Shown: positions 1 to 10,106, counted from the first letter of the stretch. The stretch is 20,000 bases of DNA from Chiloscyllium plagiosum (GCF_004010195.1 NC_057718.1:15172323-15192322); one strand, 5' to 3'. Numbers and translations: made by a program. The notes: generated by a model not told the origin, from the sequence alone.

Positions 1-531
1 AACCAATTACATTGTACAAATTTAATGTGTCATGGAGGGTATAAAACATGTGGGCATTTTGAAAATTATAGCAAGCAACTGCAATACAGCCGGAGAGCTA
101 ACTGCCCATCTAACATCTTTCTCACAAAGAAAATAGAAAATACTCTCTATCAAAGGTACCTTATCACGTAAAACTTACTCATAGTGAAAAAAGAGAGATG
201 ACCCAAGGAGGTCAGCAGATGGGAGACTGAAGACAGCACAGAAGACTTGAGATTACATCAATGTGATGTTTAATAAGTGTGTTATTGGAACAGCATTTTT
301 TTTAGAGTTAAGATCAGGTAGTAAGCGGTTAATAAAAGGGGGCTTGGATTTGTGAATAGATTTTGTTTAATGCTCACTATTAGAGCTAGGAAAATAAATT
401 GTTATTTTTCTTTAAGTAGTGTGAATTAGGAGTTCTCTGTCACTCACATTTTAACAGATTGTAAGGAGAGGTGAGCTTTTCTCGGTGTTTGGTTTTAATT
501 AACTGAGGGGTTCAATCTCCGTGTCATAACA
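1..531 (+). mobile_element. Possible 3' part of an LTR ending ...GTCATAACA
   Basis: LTR-like terminus GTCATAACA at 523-531 and AATAAA signals at ~331 and ~393. The other end and any TSD are not visible. Confidence 0.3.
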
Positions 532-1037
532 ACAACTATACACAGTATAGCCATAGGTCAGAAAATCAAGAAGCAAAGACAAACATCACAGTCTCTCTCC
601 AATGGCTCTCCGCAGCAGACCAGTGCAGGGGGCCTCCACATGGTCTGACCGCTGGCTGCCACTATGTTTCGCACCAGGCCACTGGTTGCTGGTGCCCCCA
701 CTTTGGAGGCCGGGAGAAGAGAGGAAAAGAAGGAGAAGAAAAAGAAGTTATACCAGAACCAGGCAGAAGGACTGCAGTGGGAGCAGTGAAAGCGAGGACC
801 AGGGGCTGCTGGGAAGGTACGTTTCCCTTTCATTTCGGCAGCAGAGCTGGGTGGGAAAGGTTGAGTTGCGCTCTGGGAATGTGAGTGAACTGATATAATT
901 TGGGTAGCAGCTGAAGCAAAGATACTACACGTGTAGTGTCTCCCACCTGCCCTCCTTGACTGACCAAAAAAGAAATTCTGTGGTGTGTTGATAAGGTAAG
1001 GCTTTCCTATTTCTTTTTTTCTTTTCTCACTTACCTA

Positions 1038-1386
1038 TTAGAATTTTTTAGAATTATCATTCCTACAGTGTGGAAACAGGCCATTTGGCCCAACAGGTCC
1101 ACACTGATCCTCCGAAGAGTAACCCACCCAGACCCATTCCCCTAACCTACATTTACCCCTGACGAATGCACCCAACCTACATACCCGTTAACACTATAGG
1201 CAGTTCAGCATGGCCAATTTACCTAACCTGCACATCTTTGGGCTGTGGGAGGAAACCAGAGCACCCGGAGGAAACCCACACAGACACGGGGAATGTGCAA
1301 ACTCCACACAGACAGTTGCCCAAGGCGGGAATTGAACCCGGATCCCTGGTGCTGTGAGGCAGCAGTGCTAACCATTGAGCCAAGCC
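1038..1386 (-). mobile_element. tRNA-derived V-SINE (HE1-like shark SINE) inserted in the CR1 5' leader
   Basis: Minus strand: A box TGGCTCAATGG, B box GGTTCAATTCC, V-domain GTGTGGAGTTTGCACATT...GGGTTTCCTCCGGGTGCTCTGGTTTCCTCCCAC, and a CR1-like tail GGGCCAAATGGCCTGTTTCCACACTGTA followed by ATTCTAA repeats. Confidence 0.9.
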
Positions 1387-1681
1387 AACATGCTAAGTTT
1401 TAAGGATATGCAGGTTGACTACCAATCAGTCGTCATGCTATGAACATAGCACCCTTGGCCATTAAGTGCTATATTTGAAATTATAGTTGGACTAAGTTAA
1501 GCTTAAGAATAAAATGGCAGGAGATCTCAGACTCGTGTTATGCTCCTCTAGCTCAATGTGGGGGCTCAGGGACACGGCTGATGTCCCTGACTTCTTCACA
1601 TACAGGAAGTGTGTTCAGTTGCAGCTCTTGTTAAATTGCATGACATCTCTGGAGCTGCAGATGGACTCACTTTGGAACATC

Positions 1682-2410
1682 AGCAAATTTGCTGATGATG
1701 CTAAGCTGGGTGGCAGGGTGAAATGTGATGAGGATGTTAGGAGATTACAAGGTGACCTGGACAAGTTAGGTGAGTGGTCAGATGCATGGCAGATGCAGTT
1801 TAATGTGGATAAATGTATGGTTATCCACTTTGGTGGCAAGAACAGGAAGGCAGATTACTACCTAAATGGAGCTGAAAATGTGTTGCTGGAAAAGCGCAGC
1901 AGGTCAGGCAGCATCCAGGGAACAGGAGAATCGACNNTTGAGGGAGTGCAGCGTAGGTTCACGAGGTCAATTCCTGGAATGGCGGGATTACCTTACACTG
2001 ATAGACTGGGGCGACTGGGCTTGTATACCCTTGGGTTTAGAAGACTGAGAGGGGATCTGATTGAGACATATAAGATTATAAAAGGAAACATGTTTCCGCT
2101 GATGGGTGAGTGCCGAACCAGAGGACACAGCTTAAAAATACGGGGTAGACCATTTAGGACAGAGATGAGGAGAAACTTCTTCACCCAGAGAGTGGTGGCT
2201 GTGTGGAATGCTCTCCACTGGGCAGTGGACGCCCAGTCTCTGAATTCATTTAAGAAAGAGTTGTATAGAGCTCTCAAGGATAGTGGAATCAAGGGTTATG
2301 GAGATAAGGCAGGAACAGGATACTGATTAAGGATGATCAGCCATGATCATATTGAATGGTGGTGCAGGCTCGAAGGGCAGAATGGCCTACCCCTGCACCT
2401 ATTGTCTATT
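1682..2410 (+). mobile_element. 5'-truncated second CR1 copy (RT C-terminus plus 3' UTR) nested in ORF1 of the first
   Basis: Starts at SKFADDAKLGG...LQGDLDKLGEW...FNVDKC and includes RGDLIETYKI, FFTQRVVAVWN, with stop at 2326. 3' UTR GGGCAGAATGGCCT...CTATTGTCTATT. ATC occurs at both 1679-1681 and 2411-2413; removing the insert restores ORF1 (W-N-I-P-D-A-Q). Confidence 0.9.
1871..1935 (-). mobile_element. Penelope-like pLTR fragment (family A), cut off by an NN assembly gap at 1936-1937
   Basis: TGAAAATGTGTTGCTGGAAAAGCGCAGCAGGTCAGGCAGCATCC...AGGAGAATCGAC closely matches 4630-4692 and 4950-5012. Confidence 0.82.
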
Positions 2411-4685
2411 ATCCCTGATGCTCAGGAGGTCATGGATAACATGTTTAGCAAATTGGTCACATCGCAAATTAGGATTGCTGAGGGAGAAAGGGAATGGGTG
2501 ACCAAAAGGCAGAGAAAGAGCAGGAAGGCAGTACAGGTGTCCCCTGCGGTCATCTCCTTCCAAATCAGGTGTACCATTTTGGATAGTGCTGGTGGAGATG
2601 GCTCATCAGGGGAAGGCAGCAGTAGCCAAGTTCATGGCACTGTGGGTGGCTCTGCTGTACAGAAGGGCAGGAAAAAAAGAGTGGAAGGTCTATAGTCATA
2701 GGGGAATCAATTGTAAGGGGAGTAGATGGGCGTTTCTGTGGTTGAAGATGAGGCTTCCGAATGGTATGTTGCCTCCCAGCTGCCTGGGTCAAGGATGTCT
2801 CAAATCAGCTGCAGAACATTCTGAAGGGGGAGGGTGAACACCCATCTGTCGTAGTGCATACAGGCACCAATGATATAGGTAAAAAACAGGATAAAGTCCT
2901 ACAAGCAGAATTTAGGGAGTTCGGAGCCAAGTTAAAAAGTAGGACCTCAGAGGTAGTAATCTCAGGATTGCTATCAGTGCCACACACTAGTCAGAGTAGA
3001 AATGAAAGAATAGGCAGGATAGAATGCATGGCTTGAGAGATAGTGCAGGAGGGAGAGATTCAGATTTTTGGGACATTGAGACCAGTTCTGGGGGAGGTGG
3101 GACTATTACAAATTGGACAGTCTACACCTGGGCCGGACTGGAACCAATGTCCTCAGGAATGCTTTTGCTAATGCTGTTGGGGATTTAAACTAATGTGGCG
3201 GGAGATGGGAACCAAATGAAGAGGTTAGTGGACAGTCAGGAGGTAGTAACTAAACCCTATAAGGTACTAGATAATGAAGTCAGCACGACTAAGGGGAAGA
3301 GTAGGCAGGAACCAGATGATGAACGCAAAAGGGACAGGTAATCTAAGGTACATTAGTGCAAGAACTGTAGTAGGTAAGGCAGATGAACTCAGGGCTTGGA
3401 TCAGTACCTGAGAGAATGATGTTACTGCTATCACTGAGACTTGGTTGAGGGAAGGGTACGATTAGCAACTAAATATCCCAGGATATCCTCAGGCAGGATA
3501 GACAGGGAGGTAAAAGGGGTGGAGGAGTTGCATTATTGGTCAGAGAGGATATCACAGATGTGCTGAAGGAGGGCACTATGAAGGAGGGCAATATGGGCAG
3601 AGTTAGAAATAGGAATGATGCGGTAACAATGCTGGGGCTTTATTATAGGCTTCCCAACAGTGAACGCGAGATAGAGGTACAAATATGTAAACAGACTACG
3701 GAAAGATGTAGGAGCAACAGGGTTGTGGTGAAAGGAGATTTTAATTTTCCCATCATTGACTGGGATTCACAATGTTAGAGGTCTAGATGGAGCAGAATTT
3801 GTAAAGAGCATTCAGGAGGGTTTTAGAGAGGAGTACTGGATCTGGTGTTGGGAAATGAGTCTGGTCAGGTAGTTGAAGTTTCAATAGGAGATTACTTTGA
3901 GAATAGTGATCACAATTTTGTAAGTTTTAGAAGACTAATGGAGAAAGGTGAGAGTGATTCTAAAGGAAGAGTGCTAAATTGGGGAAGGCTAACTATATCA
4001 AAATTCGGCAGGAGCTAGGGAATGTGGATTGGGAGCAGTTGTTTGAAAGTAAATCCATATTTGATATGTGGGAAACTTTTAAAGAGAGGTTGATTAGAGT
4101 GCAGGACAGACATGTCCCTGTGAAAAAGAGGGATAGAAGATTAAGGAACCATGGATGACGGTGAAACTGTGAGACTAGCTAAGAGGAAAAAGGAAGCATA
4201 CATAAGGTCTAGGCAACTGAAAACAGACAAAGCTTTGAAAGAATATTGGGAAAGTAGGATCAATCTGAAGCGAGGAATTAAGAGGGCTAAAAGGGGTCAT
4301 GAAATATCTTTAGCAAACAGGTTTAAGGAAATTCCCAAAGCCTTTTCGTCGTATATAAAGGAGAAAGAGGATAACTAGAGAAAAGGCTAGCCCAGTCAAG
4401 GATAAAGGAGGAAAGTGATGCGTGGAGTCAGAGAAAATGGGTGAGATTCTTAATAAGTACTTTGCGTCGGTATTCACCAAGGAGAGGGACATGACGGATG
4501 TTGAGGTTAGGGTCGAGATGTTTGATTACTCTCGGTCAAGTCTAGCATAAGGAAAGAGAATTTGCTGGGTATTCTAAAAAGCATTAAAGTGGACAAGTCC
4601 CCAGGTCTGGATGGGATCTATCCCAAAGTTGAAAAATGTGGTGCTGGAAAACACAGCAGGTCAGGCATCATCCGAGGAGCAGGAG

Positions 4686-4721
4686 AATCGACATTTCGGG
4701 CATAAGCCCTTCTTCAGGAAT
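4686..4721 (-). ncRNA. Minimal type I hammerhead ribozyme-like motif (family A; core intact, P3 variant AUGU)
   Basis: Minus strand: AUUC-CUGAAGA-A-GGGC-UUAU-GCCC-GAAA-UGUC/GAUU. Predicted cleavage 3' of the C at 4690. Confidence 0.68.
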
Positions 4722-5005
4722 GAGGCCGGTGTGCCAAGCGGCCTGAGGTAAAGGGTAGGGGGGAGGGAATTTGGGTGAGGGGTGCTGGGAATAGATGACC
4801 TGTGGGGTGCAGTGAGAGAGGGACTCACTGAGATCCTTGTAGAGGGAGGAGGAGAGCTCCTTCAAGGTAGGCAATCCTTGTAAGAGGATTCGCAGTAGGT
4901 TAAGATCAACTCGGAGAAAGTGAGGACTGCAGATACTGGAGACCAGATTTGAAAAATGTGGTGCTGGAAAACACAGCAGGCCAGGCAACATCCGAGGAGC
5001 AGGAG

Positions 5006-5041
5006 AATCGACGTTTCGGGCATAAGCCCTTATTCAGGAAT
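5006..5041 (-). ncRNA. Minimal hammerhead-like motif (family A; G8>U core mutation, palindromic ACGU P3)
   Basis: Minus strand: AUUC-CUGAAUA-A-GGGC-UUAU-GCCC-GAAA-CGUC/GAUU. Confidence 0.6.
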
Positions 5042-7829
5042 GAGGTTGGTGTGCCAAGCGGGCTGAGATAAAGGCTATCCCAGATTACTAAGGGAAGTGA
5101 GAGAGGAAATAGTCTTAGCAGATATCTTTGCAGCATCCTGGAACTGGAGAATTGCTAATGTTGTCCCCTTGTTTAAGGGATAATCCAGGTAATTATAGAC
5201 CAGAGAGCCTGATGTCAGTGGTAGGGAAGCTGCTGGAAAAGATACCGATGGATAGGATCTATTTACATTTGGAAGAAAATGAGCTTATTAGTGACAGGCA
5301 ACATAGTTTTGTGCAGGGAAGGTCATGTCTTACCAACTTAATAGAATCCTTTGAGCAAGTGACAAAGTTGAATGATGAGGGAAGGGCTATAGACGTCATA
5401 TACATGGACTTCAGTAAGGCGTTTGATAGGGTTCCCCAGGGAGAAAGTGAAGTCGCATGGGGTCCAGGGTGTGCTAGCTAGATGGATAGAGAATTGGCTG
5501 GGCAGCAGGAGACAGAGACTAGTAGTGCAAGGGAGTTTCTCAAAATGGAGAATTATGACCAGTAGTGTTTCACAGGGATCCATGTTGGGACCACTGTTGT
5601 TTGTGATATACATAAATGATCTGGAGGAAGGTCTGATTAGCAAGTTTGCTGATGACATTAAGATTGGAGGAGTATGAGTATGTCAGAGAATGCAGCAGAA
5701 TATAGATAGATTGGAAAACTGGGCAGAGAAATTTGCAAATGGGAGTTCAATCCAGGCAAATGCGAGGTGATACCTTTTGAAAGATCCAATTCAAGAGCGA
5801 AATCTATGGTAAATGGAAAAGCCCTGGGGCAAATTGATATACAAAGCGATCTGGGTGTTCAGGTCCATTTTACCCTGAAGGTGGCAACGCAGATCAATAG
5901 AATGGTCAAGAAAGTATATGGCAAGCTTTTCTTCATGTTACAGTTGTATAGGACTTTGGTTCGGCCACACATGCAATACTGCGTACAGTTCTGGTCATCA
6001 CATTACCAAAACGTTCACCAGAATGTTGCCTGGTGGACGGTGCTAGCTACAAAAAGAGGTTGAGTAGATTAGAATTATTTTCATTAGAATGACGGTGGTT
6101 GAGGGGGGACCTGATTGAGGTCTACAAAATCATGAGAGGTATTGACAAGGTGGATAGAAAGAAGCTTTTTTCCAAAGTGGGGGACTCCATTAATAGGGGT
6201 CATGAGTTCAAAGTGAGCGTGGAAAGGTTTAGAGCAGATATGCATGTAAAGTTCTTTACACAGAGAGTGGTGGGTGCCTGGAACACATTGCCAGCAGAGA
6301 TGGTAGTGGCGTGCACAGTAGCGTCATTTAAGATATATCTAGACAGATACATGAATGGGCAGGGAGCAATGGGATACTTAGAAAATAGACGACAGGTTTA
6401 GATCGAGGATTTGGATCGGCACAGGTTTGGGAGGGCCGAAGGGCCTGTTCCTGCGCTGTAATTTTCTTTGTTCTTTGACTATTTGAACCCTACGAATTCA
6501 AGAAAAAAAAGCATAAGCAAAGTGATTGATTTGTTTCTGGATACAAAAACAGATTGTCTCTTTCTACCACAAAGACAATCAAGGTAATACATAAAGATCA
6601 CAAAAACACAGAGGCAGAACAAAAACCATAGCCAAGACAAAGAGTTACGTTCTAATAGAATTCCCATAGACGTGTGAGGCAAAACAACTGAAGAAATTAT
6701 GTTGAATGTGAGTACAGGTTTTTTCAAATCTATTTCATTGAAAATCCTTTTAAAAGAAAGGTAGATTTAAACATTGTGCATAAACTTGATGTAGAATAAG
6801 TCATGTTATAACTATTTTTGATCATTTATGATAGCATTTTGCGTAATTTAGAATTGATTATACAATCAATATTCATAATGTAAAAGAGTTCCATCTCATA
6901 CTTTAATGCTCAGATGCCTATATCTACATAGCAATATCCTAGAATTCTTAACTGAGGTTAAGTGCTGACATTGGTAAACTTCAAAAAGTTGGTTCTGCTG
7001 TCATATACTAGCTGATATATTCTACCCGGAGATAATTTTCCTCATTTAAAAACTCCTGGGAGTTTGGTTGGCAGGGTGATTGGAAACATCTTTGGTAAAA
7101 TTGGCTACATTTCTTGAACATTGTGAAATTTCTTTTTGTTGAGGTTTTAAGCTGACATTAAGTTTAATTGGATAGCTTTACCTTACTGCGAGTCATTAAG
7201 TAGTAGAACCATTCACAGTATAATATTCCAGGGAAAAAAAAAAGTACCTAATCTATGATGATCCTAAACCCTCTGCAGTGGCCTCAGATACCAGGCCTAA
7301 AAAGCAAATAAATAACAGTACTAACTCAGCAGACCACAAACAGACTTCATCCAGGTAACTTGCCAGTTTACACAATAACTATTTCCAGACATATCATCCG
7401 TGGCAACAAAACGCTTTGGTGCAGAAGGAAAGTCAATAATTCCTGGTTTACAGGATGCGTGTTGAAAGCAGGAATTTATAATGCAGGTTTAATGCTGCCA
7501 AGTTAGGGCTTAAATTGGCACCTGACTCACATTAGCCAGCTATGGTTTAACTCGATGTTGAGAAACATTCTCCAGCATGTTCACAGAGAAACAAACTCCA
7601 TCAACAAAAACCTTTTGTTCTCTCCATCACAGGATGTTCTGCAGACAGATTAGGGAATTCATTTAAAAAATAGTAAAGGAACAAAATCAGGTAAAAGACT
7701 TGCTAATCTTAAAGCTGAAGAGAAAACAAATTCATAAGATTACACAATATGGTAAAAACAAGTTTTTAATTTGCCAGAATATTACAAATGGAGTTTGTAT
7801 GTTCTTGTAAATTGGCTTAACTTGGAACC

Positions 7830-8020
7830 TCCTCCCACCTCTCCTAATCCCTTCAATATAATTTTTCGTTCCTCTATCTGTCATTCACCTTAAATGCATC
7901 CAGGATATGCACTTCAACTACTCCCTGTGGTAGTGAGTTCCTCGGAGTACTTTCTGGGTAAAGAGGTTTCTCTGGAAATTCCAAGGATTTATTAGTGGTT
8001 GCTAGCTTTGGTTTCCCCAT
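7830..8020 (-). mobile_element. Old CR1 3'-end remnant
   Basis: Minus strand reads like RNLFTQ...NSLPQGVVEV...AFK, the CR1 ORF2 C-terminus; highly degenerate. Confidence 0.55.
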
Positions 8021-8028
8021 GTTGGGAT

Positions 8029-8254
8029 TGTAACAAGATCAGCCAGCTAGACCTCTTTTCATATGAGTTCCATGTTTGGAGCTGTTAATCTGGTCCCATC
8101 AAGGAGTCCTGACTGACAGATAAAAAAAGGAAGGTCAGAGATATTGACACTCTGAAAGCTGACTCTGAAGAGGCAGTACTAAAGACAAGGACTGTTCATG
8201 TGTAAGTAAAGGGTGACTTGGCGACGGGATACCAGTCTCTGTGGAATTATTTCA
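8029..8254 (+). mobile_element. Probable solo LTR (Gypsy-like), 226 bp
   Basis: TGTAAC...ATTTCA termini, an internal imperfect inverted repeat (~8066-8110), a TATA-like GATAAAA and a poly(A)-signal-like AGTAAA. No TSD seen; family assignment is from memory. Confidence 0.5.
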
Positions 8255-8359
8255 TCCTATGAGGAAGAAAAAACAAAGCAGTGTGAACCAAACCAAACAT
8301 GAAGCAGGCTCCAATATGTGAGCTGAGTTCCAGAGGTGGAGCGAGAGTGACTAACCTTG

Positions 8360-8900
8360 ATATCAAGCCCTCATTTGACCCAAATATGACAAAGGTGGAA
8401 TCAAAGGTAGAACTGCTGGTTGGAGTCATACTTGGCATGTGAGAAGATGGTTGGTTATTGGTCATCTCAGTCCCAGGCAATGTCTCCTAGGTTTCCTCGG
8501 GGTAGATATTGAGATCAACTTGTTCAGAAATATTATTACATATCTCTGGGAGCATGTGGGATTTGAACCCAGGTCTCCTGCCTCAGTGGTAGTGATGCTA
8601 CCACTGTATCACAATAGACTTACCAAAGTGATTACAGCCGGACATGAATGTGTAATCTCCCAACAGTATCACAAACCAGACTGAAGACAAAGGTTTCATC
8701 CGTGCTAGCATCTGAGGCAGAACCATCTTTAGCTGCTTCATTAACTAACCTTTCCCCACGCATCATAAGGTCAGATGTGGAATAGTTACTGATTGCACAA
8801 TATTCATCACCTTTTCTGACTCCTTAGATACTGAAACAATCCATGTACAAAAGCGAAAGACTGGACAACATTCCAGCTTCAGTTGCCAAATGGCAAGTAA
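8360..8900 (+). mobile_element. Ancient CR1-type RT remnant (family distinct from the 775-6478 element), interrupted at ~8505-8710
   Basis: Degenerate translations such as WLESYLA..KMV, FPRG(S), TIFSCFIN, IIRSDVG, DCTIFI, DSLDTETIHVQ, LDNIPA...KWQV correspond to RT domains 4-7. Confidence 0.65.
8503..8612 (-). mobile_element. Short tRNA-headed SINE
   Basis: Minus strand: GTGATACAGTGGTAG (A-box-like) ... GGGTTCAAATCCC (B box) followed by a ~50-nt body. Confidence 0.6.
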
Positions 8901-9769
8901 AGATTGTGGCGGACAATGACAATCAGACAGTGTGCTGAAAATCAAGCCCCATTATTCCCAAGGTCTTGACAATGTAAAGTTTCAAAATGACCATGAATCC
9001 CAATTCACCTGACTGACTGCTACTAAGATAAAAGCAAATCACACTAACAAAACACCTGTAAAAATAATTGTAACACTCTTAACTCTAACAAGAAAGTAAC
9101 AGGATTTCTAATTTATGAAAATCAAACTTTACCCATTTTAAAAGTACCAGATACACAAAGAAAAGCAAAAACAGACAAAACACAAATAGAGTGGAGATTA
9201 AAAAGAAAGTCTAATAAATACAATTCTGCATCATCAATCCAAAAATCTTAAAAGTAGATGTGTTTGTTTCACAATCCTCAATTCTTCAATGATGCTTCAA
9301 TGTTATCTGCACAGCAATGATCAGTTTGTAGTTCACTGGTTGCTTGTTCAGACTCAGGATCTCTCAATATCTTTGGGTTTTAGAATTGGTTCTTTTTGTG
9401 TTTCCAATTTTTTTTTCTGCTCTTTTGACCAAGTTGAAGACAGCAACTTTACAAAGAAAAGGGAGGGAAAAAGATTGACGCAGCCATCTTCAAGAGGCCC
9501 CTTGCTTCTTTGCTTCACTCCTTGCACAAGAAAAGTGTAAAACAGCAACCTGACCAATCAGTGACTTGTTCCTACGCAGAGGTCTCCTGAACCCATCACA
9601 AATGGTGCCAACTTGTGAGGACTCTGTTCCCAAATGGTAACATTATTTCATATCCACCAGCTTCACTCATTTTTCCAAGCTGCAAAAACTCCTTGCACCC
9701 TCTAATCTTAAGGCAGTGACCTTTTTCTTTTCACTTTGAACCTAAAAATAAAAACTTGAGACCTCTTTA

Positions 9770-10100
9770 ATAACAAAGAATCCAACCATTCATCCTTCCT
9801 GTTCAGTGGCATTACCATTGCCCAAATTTGCAGTATCACCACCAAGATTACTGGGATAACCATATAAATACAATGGCTACAAGAGGGATTTAGAAGTTGA
9901 GAATTCTGTAACATACCTTCTGTTTGTGGACAGGCTAAGTCAGGAGAGGGAAAGAAAACTTTCCATTTGCCTGAATCAGTACTACTCCCACAATGCTCCA
10001 GAAGTTTGATACCATCCAGGATGCAATAGCCAGCAACCACATGGAGTACAGCAGTTTTAGAATTTGGCTCTTCACGATCTTGACAGTGACACACATGTCA
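9770..10100 (+). mobile_element. Continuation of the ancient CR1-type ORF2 remnant from 8360-8900
   Basis: ESNHSSFLFSGITIA...HINTMATRG...QVR-like...MLQKFDTIQDAIA, the post-RT region, on the same strand and in colinear order. Confidence 0.6.
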
Positions 10101-10106
10101 TGTGAA

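Larger units (their letters stand above)
1514..3193 (+). pseudogene. CR1 ORF1 remnant: N-terminal zinc-finger/leucine-zipper-like region plus SGNH/GDSL esterase domain, split by the insertion at 1682-2410
   Basis: MAGDLRLVLCSSSSMW...YRKCVQLQLL...LELQMDSLWNI resumes after the insertion as PDAQEVMDNMFSKLVT...EWVT. Esterase blocks: IVIGESIVRG (2692-2721), VVVHTGTND (~2850-2874), DSLHL (3116-3130). Ends TTA AAC TAA at 3193. Several stops and frameshifts. Confidence 0.88.
4626..5074 (-). mobile_element. Non-autonomous Penelope-like element (family A), partial tandem of two pLTR copies 320 nt apart
   Basis: 8-bp TSD CTATCCCA at 4618-4625 and 5075-5082; excision restores CR1 ORF2 (D-G-I-Y-P-R-L-L-R-E). 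Direct repeats 4629-4754 and 4949-5074. The spacer encodes LPTLKELSSSLYKDLSESLSHCTPQVI, homologous to the PLE ORF start at 10736. Confidence 0.88.
3193..6401 (+). pseudogene. CR1 ORF2 remnant: APE endonuclease plus reverse transcriptase, multiply frameshifted
   Basis: APE motifs AITETW, GGGVALL, YYRLPN, GDFNFP, SDH (~3904). RT motifs NYRPESLMSVVGKLLE, QHSFVQGRSC, YMDFSKAFD, QGSMLGPLLF, FADD (5645-5656). C-terminal RGDLIEVYKI...RGHEFK...FFTQRVVGAWN. Confidence 0.93.
775..6478 (+). mobile_element. Near full-length, decayed CR1-clade non-LTR retrotransposon (5' leader, ORF1, ORF2, 3' UTR) with nested insertions
   Basis: Ordered remnants of ORF1 (1514-3193) and ORF2 (~3193-6401). The 3' UTR has a GGCC-GAAG-GGCC hairpin (~6433-6446) and a TTCTTTG repeat tail ending ~6477. 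The 5' boundary is approximate; a GACT at 770-773 and 6477-6480 is at best a weak TSD. Confidence 0.92.

Noticed and set aside
558..898. Overlapping 91-aa and 98-aa ORFs
   Set aside because: They arise from GC-rich and purine-run low-complexity sequence; there is no recognisable domain or splice structure.
901..945. CTGAAGC...AAA plus hairpin as another hammerhead
   Set aside because: It lacks the CUGANGA box and a P2 stem before GAAA, so the topology does not fit.
1320..1386. tRNA gene-like A/B boxes (also at 8555-8612, 12930-12990, 17790-17853, 18765-18842)
   Set aside because: Each continues into a SINE body, with no full cloverleaf or Pol III terminator; these are SINE heads.
1514..2326. 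270-aa ORF that looks like a novel zinc-finger/RT fusion protein
   Set aside because: It is a chance in-frame chimera of host CR1 ORF1, a nested CR1 RT tail and antisense PLE sequence, and it reads through an NN gap of unknown true length.
4629..5074. Direct repeats as a CRISPR array or a true LTR/TRIM element
   Set aside because: There are only two ~125-bp repeats, no spacers or cas genes, and no TG..CA ends or PBS. The sequence is homologous to the PLE at 10568-11490.
9000..9765. Insert separating the two ancient RT remnants, possibly an LTR or other element
   Set aside because: I could not identify termini, a TSD or coding motifs, so it is left unannotated.
9708..10094. 128-aa minus-strand ORF
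   Set aside because: It is antisense to a degenerate CR1-type remnant.
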